Shown piece by piece: positions 42,634 to 46,796 of a DNA stretch of 46,796 bases (its first letter is position 1; every line of letters starts with the position of its first letter). The notes below the pieces were generated by a model that saw only the letters and a program-made list of their open reading frames with translations, was not told the origin of the DNA and did no database searches. The DNA comes from an uncultured Eubacteriales bacterium. Its GTDB lineage: Bacteria > Bacillota > Clostridia > Christensenellales > CAG-917. Both the position numbers and the translations under genes were made by a program. Location: positions 1 through 46,796 of the forward strand of contig URUQ01000001.1 of the NCBI GenBank assembly GCA_900551145.1, given 5' to 3'.

Positions 42634-43749
42634 ATGGGATTTATTAAAAAACAACTTCTCAAAGTCATTCAATGGGAAGACAGTAGTCAAAATACTCTCG
42701 TTCACAAATTTGAGTATGATGATAGATATGCCATTATGAAGGGATCGGAGCTTATCGTAAGACCTTCACAAGCGGCAGTTTTCGTATACCGCGGATCTGT
42801 TTGCGACGTTTTCACGGAAGGCAACTGGAAGCTCGAAGAAGGTTCAACTCCCGTTCTCACCGCAATTGCAAACTGGAAATATGCCTTTGAAAACCCCAAA
42901 CAAGTTGATGTTTATTACGTCAACCTCAAACGCTTTACGCAAATGAAGTGGGGGACGCCCAATCCGATTATGATGCGCGACAAGGATTTCGGCATGATCC
43001 GCATCGCAGGTCACGGTGAATATTCCTTCCATGTCATGAATCCGGAACTCTTTATGAAAGAGATTTACGGCACGACGCATTCCTACAAGACGGAAGATAT
43101 CGAAGAACATCTCAAATCTTTGGTACTTGCAGAACTTACAGATTTGCTCGGTGAGTGTGAAATTCCCGCACTCGAACTTGCCGCCAACTATATCGAACTC
43201 GGCGAAACCGCGGCGAAGCAAGTCGCACCGAGATTTAACGAAATCGGTCTTGACATCGACAATATCATCATTCGCAACTTCAAACTTCCCGAAGCAGTCG
43301 AGAAGGCAATGGACAAGCGCACCACACTCGGCGTATTCGATGGCAAGATGAACGATTACGCACAATACGAATCGGTCCAAGCAATGCGTGACGCGGCAAA
43401 GAACCCCGGTATGGGCGGTATGTTCGGCGCGGCAGGTATCGGCCTCGGTATGGGAGCAAGAGTGGGCAACCAATTTGCACAAAATCTTGACGAAGCAAGT
43501 GCGCAAAAGGTCAAATGCACCAAATGCGGAGCCAGTGTAAAAGCAGGCATGAAATTCTGCCCCGAATGCGGAGCGAAAATTAGCGTAGGCGCAACTGTAA
43601 AATGCGCAAAATGCGGAGCGGAAGTCCCCGAAGGAAGCAAATTTTGCCCCGAATGCGGACAACCTATGAGTGTAACTTGCCCCAAGTGCAACGCCACCTT
43701 GAAGGCGGGCATCAAGTTCTGCCCCGAGTGCGGAGCAAAACTCTACTAA
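42634..43749 (+). CDS. SPFH/Band-7 family protein (COG4260, YdjI-like, 'virion core protein-like') with three C-terminal zinc ribbons
   Basis: The N-terminus MGFIKKQLLKVIQWED...LVHKF...IMKGSELIVRPSQAAVFVYRG is typical of the Band_7_1/YdjI family. The tail carries three C-x2-C...C-x2-C ribbons. Confidence 0.8.
   Translation: MGFIKKQLLKVIQWEDSSQNTLVHKFEYDDRYAIMKGSELIVRPSQAAVFVYRGSVCDVFTEGNWKLEEGSTPVLTAIANWKYAFENPKQVDVYYVNLKRFTQMKWGTPNPIMMRDKDFGMIRIAGHGEYSFHVMNPELFMKEIYGTTHSYKTEDIEEHLKSLVLAELTDLLGECEIPALELAANYIELGETAAKQVAPRFNEIGLDIDNIIIRNFKLPEAVEKAMDKRTTLGVFDGKMNDYAQYESVQAMRDAAKNPGMGGMFGAAGIGLGMGARVGNQFAQNLDEASAQKVKCTKCGASVKAGMKFCPECGAKISVGATVKCAKCGAEVPEGSKFCPECGQPMSVTCPKCNATLKAGIKFCPECGAKLY
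43513..43746 (+). repeat. Three tandem zinc-ribbon units (K/T-C-x-K-C-x9-KFCPECG)
   Basis: The three units are KCTKCGASVKAGMKFCPECGAKI, KCAKCGAEVPEGSKFCPECGQPM and TCPKCNATLKAGIKFCPECGAKL. Confidence 0.85.
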
Positions 43750-43771
43750 TAATCGCTATAACGGAATATAG

Positions 43772-44845
43772 ATGGCCGGTGATTTTTCTTACAGCGTATC
43801 TTCTGTCGTGAAATGCGATAACTGTGGAGCGGACATGACGTTCGACCCCTCTATTAATGCGCTCAAATGCAAATATTGCGGTGCAACGCACCCCGTTGAC
43901 AAGAAGATAAGTTATAGAAGGGATTACCTCTCAGAGGTCGCTCACGGCGAAGTTGCCATGGACACGCAAGTGTACAAATGTCCCAACTGTGCGGGTGATA
44001 TTCCGCTCGAATCTTACGATACGGCGGTTAAGTGCCCCTATTGCGGTGCAACCAACGTCATCAAGCTCGAAGACCTCAAAGGATTGAAGCCCGACAGTAT
44101 ACTTCCGTTTGCCATATCTCAACAAGATGCGTCCGACTCGGGCAAAAAGTGGATAAAAAAGAAATTTTTTGCACCTATTAAACTCAAACGTAGTTTTGCG
44201 GTCAACAACTTCAAGGGCGTATATATCCCGTCCTATGCGTTCACCACGCAGACCGATTCAAGTTACGAAGGAAGGTTCGGCGAGAGAAAGACAAGAATGG
44301 TGGGCAGCGGAAAAGACCGCCATATGGAGACGTATATCGATTGGTACAATGTCAGCGGAACAACAGACAGGTACTTTGAGGACGTGCCCGTCGAAGCAAG
44401 CACTCAACTCACGCAAAAGGAACTAAACAAAATTTTGCCTTACGACACCGAGAATGTCGAGGCGTACAACAAGGACTACATAGCGGGCTTCAACGCCGAG
44501 AGATACGACACGTCGCTTCACGACGGATTCACGATTGCGCAAGGACAAATGGACGACGCAATCCGCCAGCAAATTGTATCGAGCTACGGCGCGGACGTCG
44601 TCGATTATCTCAACGTCGATACGAATTACAATGATACCAAATTCCGTTATATGTTATTGCCCCTTTGGGTTTGCGCCTACAAGTATCGCAAAAAAGCGTA
44701 CCGATTTATAATCAACGGTCGCACGGGCAAATCAACGGGCAAATCACCCGTATCACCGCTCAAAGTCATCATCACTATACTCATCGCGCTCGGACTTATC
44801 GTGCTTGCGGTGTGGCTGTGGCTCAACAGCGGCGGTTCAAACTAA
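43772..44845 (+). CDS. Double zinc-ribbon protein with a C-terminal TM anchor (YdjG-like by eye)
   Basis: The two ribbons are CDNCGADMTF...CKYCGATH and CPNCAGDIPL...CPYCGATN. The single C-terminal helix is VIITILIALGLIVLAVWLWL. The gene lies 22 nt downstream of the SPFH gene. Confidence 0.55.
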   Translation: MAGDFSYSVSSVVKCDNCGADMTFDPSINALKCKYCGATHPVDKKISYRRDYLSEVAHGEVAMDTQVYKCPNCAGDIPLESYDTAVKCPYCGATNVIKLEDLKGLKPDSILPFAISQQDASDSGKKWIKKKFFAPIKLKRSFAVNNFKGVYIPSYAFTTQTDSSYEGRFGERKTRMVGSGKDRHMETYIDWYNVSGTTDRYFEDVPVEASTQLTQKELNKILPYDTENVEAYNKDYIAGFNAERYDTSLHDGFTIAQGQMDDAIRQQIVSSYGADVVDYLNVDTNYNDTKFRYMLLPLWVCAYKYRKKAYRFIINGRTGKSTGKSPVSPLKVIITILIALGLIVLAVWLWLNSGGSN

Positions 44846-44885
44846 CAAATAAAATTTACATAATATACAATCGGAGGTAATAACA

Positions 44886-45086
44886 ATGATTACGAAAGAT
44901 ATGCTCATCATCGATGTTCTTGCACAAGGCGATCCCGATAAACTCGCAGAAGTATTGCAAGATAGCGGAATGCACTGCTTGCATTGCATGCTCGCACACG
45001 GCGAAACTCTTGAAGAGGCAGCGGCTGTGCACGGCATCAACGTGGATGAACTTGTTGCAAAACTCAACAAAGTCGTTGAAGGCTAA
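44886..45086 (+). CDS. DUF1858 protein (hybrid-cluster-protein-associated redox disulfide domain)
   Basis: 66 aa, with a GGAGG RBS. The sequence MITKDMLIIDVL...GMHCLHCMLAHGETLEEAAAVHGINVDELVAKLN matches the characteristic family pattern, including the C-x2-C pair. Confidence 0.75.
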   Translation: MITKDMLIIDVLAQGDPDKLAEVLQDSGMHCLHCMLAHGETLEEAAAVHGINVDELVAKLNKVVEG

Positions 45087-45166
45087 AACCGCGCTAAATA
45101 GCGACTAACTTTGGACGCGATTGACGCATAGCGTAACAATCGCTATTCCGTCACTGCGTTCCTTAC

Positions 45167-45240
45167 AGTGCCCCAAGTCCGCCAACTCATTTACGATTAG
45201 TAAATTAGGGTTGTCTGACTTGGGGCACTTTCTTGTTCTT
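45167..45240 (+). terminator. Long structured hairpin (perfect 13-bp stem, 37-nt loop with an inner 6-bp hairpin) followed by a U-rich tail; atypical terminator or small structured RNA
   Basis: AGTGCCCCAAGTC at 45167-45179 pairs with GACTTGGGGCACT at 45217-45229. The inner hairpin is ATTTAC-gatta-GTAAAT. The tail is TTCTTGTTCTT. Confidence 0.4.
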
Positions 45241-45252
45241 CATCTAAATATC

Positions 45253-45404
45253 GCAGTTTTAGCAATCGTAGTAGTTTTTATTAAACGTATTGCAGTTTTA
45301 GCCTTGTTGTAATTGCGCTCCTCGGGGTGCTTGACACGATTGACTTCGTAATAATCACTATTAAACGCGTTATTCATCTATTTATTGCAGTTTTAGCAAT
45401 CGTA
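45253..45404. repeat. Short dispersed direct repeats in a 460-bp non-coding convergent spacer
   Basis: GCAGTTTTAGCAATCGTA occurs exactly at 45253-45270 and 45387-45404. An 11-nt partial copy lies at 45292-45302. ATTAAACG occurs at 45280 and 45360. CGATTGAC...TATT units lie at 45118-45148 and 45337-45362. Confidence 0.6.
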
Positions 45405-45550
45405 ACAATTGATATACCGCATACGAATACTCCTCTCGTCATTCCGAGCGAAGCGTGGGAATCAAGGCGTAGCCGCACTTTCAATATTCCTCAACTGCGC
45501 GAGGCGCGCAATATTACTTGCAGACGCACGACAAACATAGAGTTTTATCG

Positions 45551-46057
45551 TCACATAACACGACATAGGGCGCACGCGATAAGCGCGCCGAGTATGGTTG
45601 CAAATATGGACACGGGGATTGCGTAGCGCAACTTTTTGGCCTTGCAAGCAGACAAATATACGGCGGAAATATAGAAAATCGTTTCGCTTCCGCCCGCAAT
45701 TACGGCGGCGCATCTTGCTATATACGAGTCCGCGCCGTAGCGTGAAATTATGTCTTCGAGCAGCGCGATCGTGCCGTTTCCCGAAAGCGGAACGAGCAAA
45801 ATAAGCTCGGCGATTTCGCTTGGAATTCCTATATATCCGAGTGGTTTTGCAAGCAGTTTCGCCACCTCTTCGCTGAGCCCGCTTGCCTTGAAAAGTGCTA
45901 TGCAAACGAATATGGTTGCTATATACGGGAAGATGCTTTTTACAAGCGAAAGAGAGTCTTTCGTGCCTTGCAGAAAGCAGTCGTAGACGCGCACTTTTTT
46001 TAGCGCGCATACGATTATCATAAGCAGTAAAATGACGGGGAGTATATAGACGCTCAT
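45551..46057 (-). CDS. spmB: Spore maturation protein B
   Basis: 168 aa. It aligns by eye with B. subtilis SpmB (KKVRVYDCF, IGIPSE, LVPLSGNGTIAL, GADSYI, GGSETIFY). The start overlaps the spmA stop (ATGA). Confidence 0.85.
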   Translation of the reverse strand: MSVYILPVILLLMIIVCALKKVRVYDCFLQGTKDSLSLVKSIFPYIATIFVCIALFKASGLSEEVAKLLAKPLGYIGIPSEIAELILLVPLSGNGTIALLEDIISRYGADSYIARCAAVIAGGSETIFYISAVYLSACKAKKLRYAIPVSIFATILGALIACALCRVM

Positions 46058-46722
46058 TTGTTTTTCCTCAATCTCGAAGTGCGCTTAAAATTGCAAAAAG
46101 CGGGTTTTATGCGATTGTTTTTCAATGATAAAATAGGTGTTGCGTCGTTATTTGCGTTTTTATTTGTCTGTTTTTTGAGTGATAAAACCTTGCAAATTAT
46201 CATACCGCAAAGCGTTGCGATACCGCTCGATATGAGGGTTGGCGCCATTATATCCGACGCGCTTTGAGAGCCGTGCGAGGCTCGCATCGCAACCACTGTT
46301 GCGGGTATAAGTTGTATGGACGTGGCGTTGATTACAAGGAGCATAATCATATTGTCTGTTGCCTTTATGCTGCCGTCTTCCATTGCGCTCATTGCCTTGA
46401 TGCCGGCGGGGGTTGCGACGCCTCCCATACTCAACATATTTGCGGACAGATTGATGCATATCCAATCGTACGCTTCCTCGCTTTCGTTTTTGAAAATTTT
46501 GCGAGCAACGGGTTTTAACAACTTGGACAATTTTTTGTCGAGTTTGGTCTTGGTCATCATATCGAGGACGGACAGCCACACGGCGTAAATCGCCGTGAGT
46601 TTTATAATCAGCGTGATTGCCTGTCCCACGCCGTCAATCATCGTGGGGAAAGCGCTTTCGGGAGATTTGATTATCATTGCTACGATAGACGCAAACGTTA
46701 TCAATAAAAAGGCTATATTCAT
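46054..46722 (-). CDS. spmA: Spore maturation protein A (nucleoside-recognition/Gate domain)
   Basis: 222 aa. It aligns by eye with B. subtilis SpmA (NLSANMLSMGGVATPAGIKAM, SIQLIPATVVAMRA). It has a basic C-terminal extension. Confidence 0.85.
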   Translation of the reverse strand: MNIAFLLITFASIVAMIIKSPESAFPTMIDGVGQAITLIIKLTAIYAVWLSVLDMMTKTKLDKKLSKLLKPVARKIFKNESEEAYDWICINLSANMLSMGGVATPAGIKAMSAMEDGSIKATDNMIMLLVINATSIQLIPATVVAMRASHGSQSASDIMAPTLISSGIATLCGMIICKVLSLKKQTNKNANNDATPILSLKNNRIKPAFCNFKRTSRLRKNK

Positions 46723-46755
46723 AGTATAAGTTTATTTTTGCGCACGATAGTATAT

Positions 46756-46796
46756 CTGTCTCTTATACACATCTCCGAGCCCACGAGACGGACTCC
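46756..46796. other. Illumina Nextera adapter read-through (non-biological sequence)
   Basis: CTGTCTCTTATACACATCTCCGAGCCCACGAGAC is the Nextera mosaic-end plus i7-side adapter. The trailing GGACTCC would be the start of an index (from memory, GGACTCCT = N705). Confidence 0.9.

Noticed and set aside
45250-45410. Possible degenerate CRISPR array
   Set aside because: There are only 2 full copies and 1 partial copy of an 18-nt word, at irregular spacing (39 and 95 nt). Nothing has CRISPR-like repeat length, and there are no cas genes in the window.
45121-45626. Small ORFs 45121..45312 (63 aa) and 45327..45626 (99 aa)
   Set aside because: They have non-ATG starts and no RBS. Their shared IAVLAIV peptide is just the translated 18-nt DNA repeat, and the second runs into spmB antisense. 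I treated the region as non-coding.
1-46796. rRNA, tRNA, tmRNA, known riboswitches, transposases/IS elements
   Set aside because: I found no tRNA-like T-arm/anticodon structures, rRNA-like segments, recognisable riboswitch cores, terminal inverted repeats or transposase ORFs while reading the intergenic regions. A covariance-model scan would still be needed to exclude small RNAs.

Overview
This is a 46.8-kb contig end. The last 41 nt are Illumina Nextera adapter, so it comes from a short-read, probably metagenomic, assembly. Gene content points to a spore-forming Firmicute: spmA-spmB and a BclA-like collagen protein. One uninterrupted 26,712-nt gene (15688..42399, +) fills 57% of the window. 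It encodes a predicted 8,903-aa lipoprotein and has its own consensus sigma-A promoter, RBS, SPase-II signal peptide and strong terminator. By eye the protein has three parts. The first is 13-14 very divergent copies of a large module (330-800 aa each), and I cannot assign its conserved core (LxLYxxxGxLYxDxS - GxxKxxVD - acidic S/T/D linker - amphipathic I/L/V segment) to any known repeat family. The second is a set of Tyr/Gly/Asp/Asn-rich islands inserted into those modules. The third is a C-terminal array of Big_4-like Ig-fold units covering about 2,200 aa. This gene is the main candidate for something undescribed. Its function is unknown, and everything beyond the primary-sequence patterns is inference. 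The flanking genes are mostly ordinary: a 2-hydroxyacyl-CoA dehydratase/benzoyl-CoA reductase-family operon with a CooC-type ATPase (left edge), a collagen-like spore-surface protein, membrane proteins, a condensation-like acyltransferase, an HSL-family esterase, a GH127-like / bPH_2 / mini-FtsK operon, a DUF1624 membrane acyltransferase transcribed divergently from the giant gene, a YdjI-like SPFH protein with three zinc ribbons plus a YdjG-like zinc-ribbon membrane protein, a DUF1858 protein, and spmB/spmA. I found no rRNA, tRNA, CRISPR array, integrase or transposase. The many long antisense ORFs in the track are codon-aligned shadows caused by avoidance of TTA/CTA/TCA codons.
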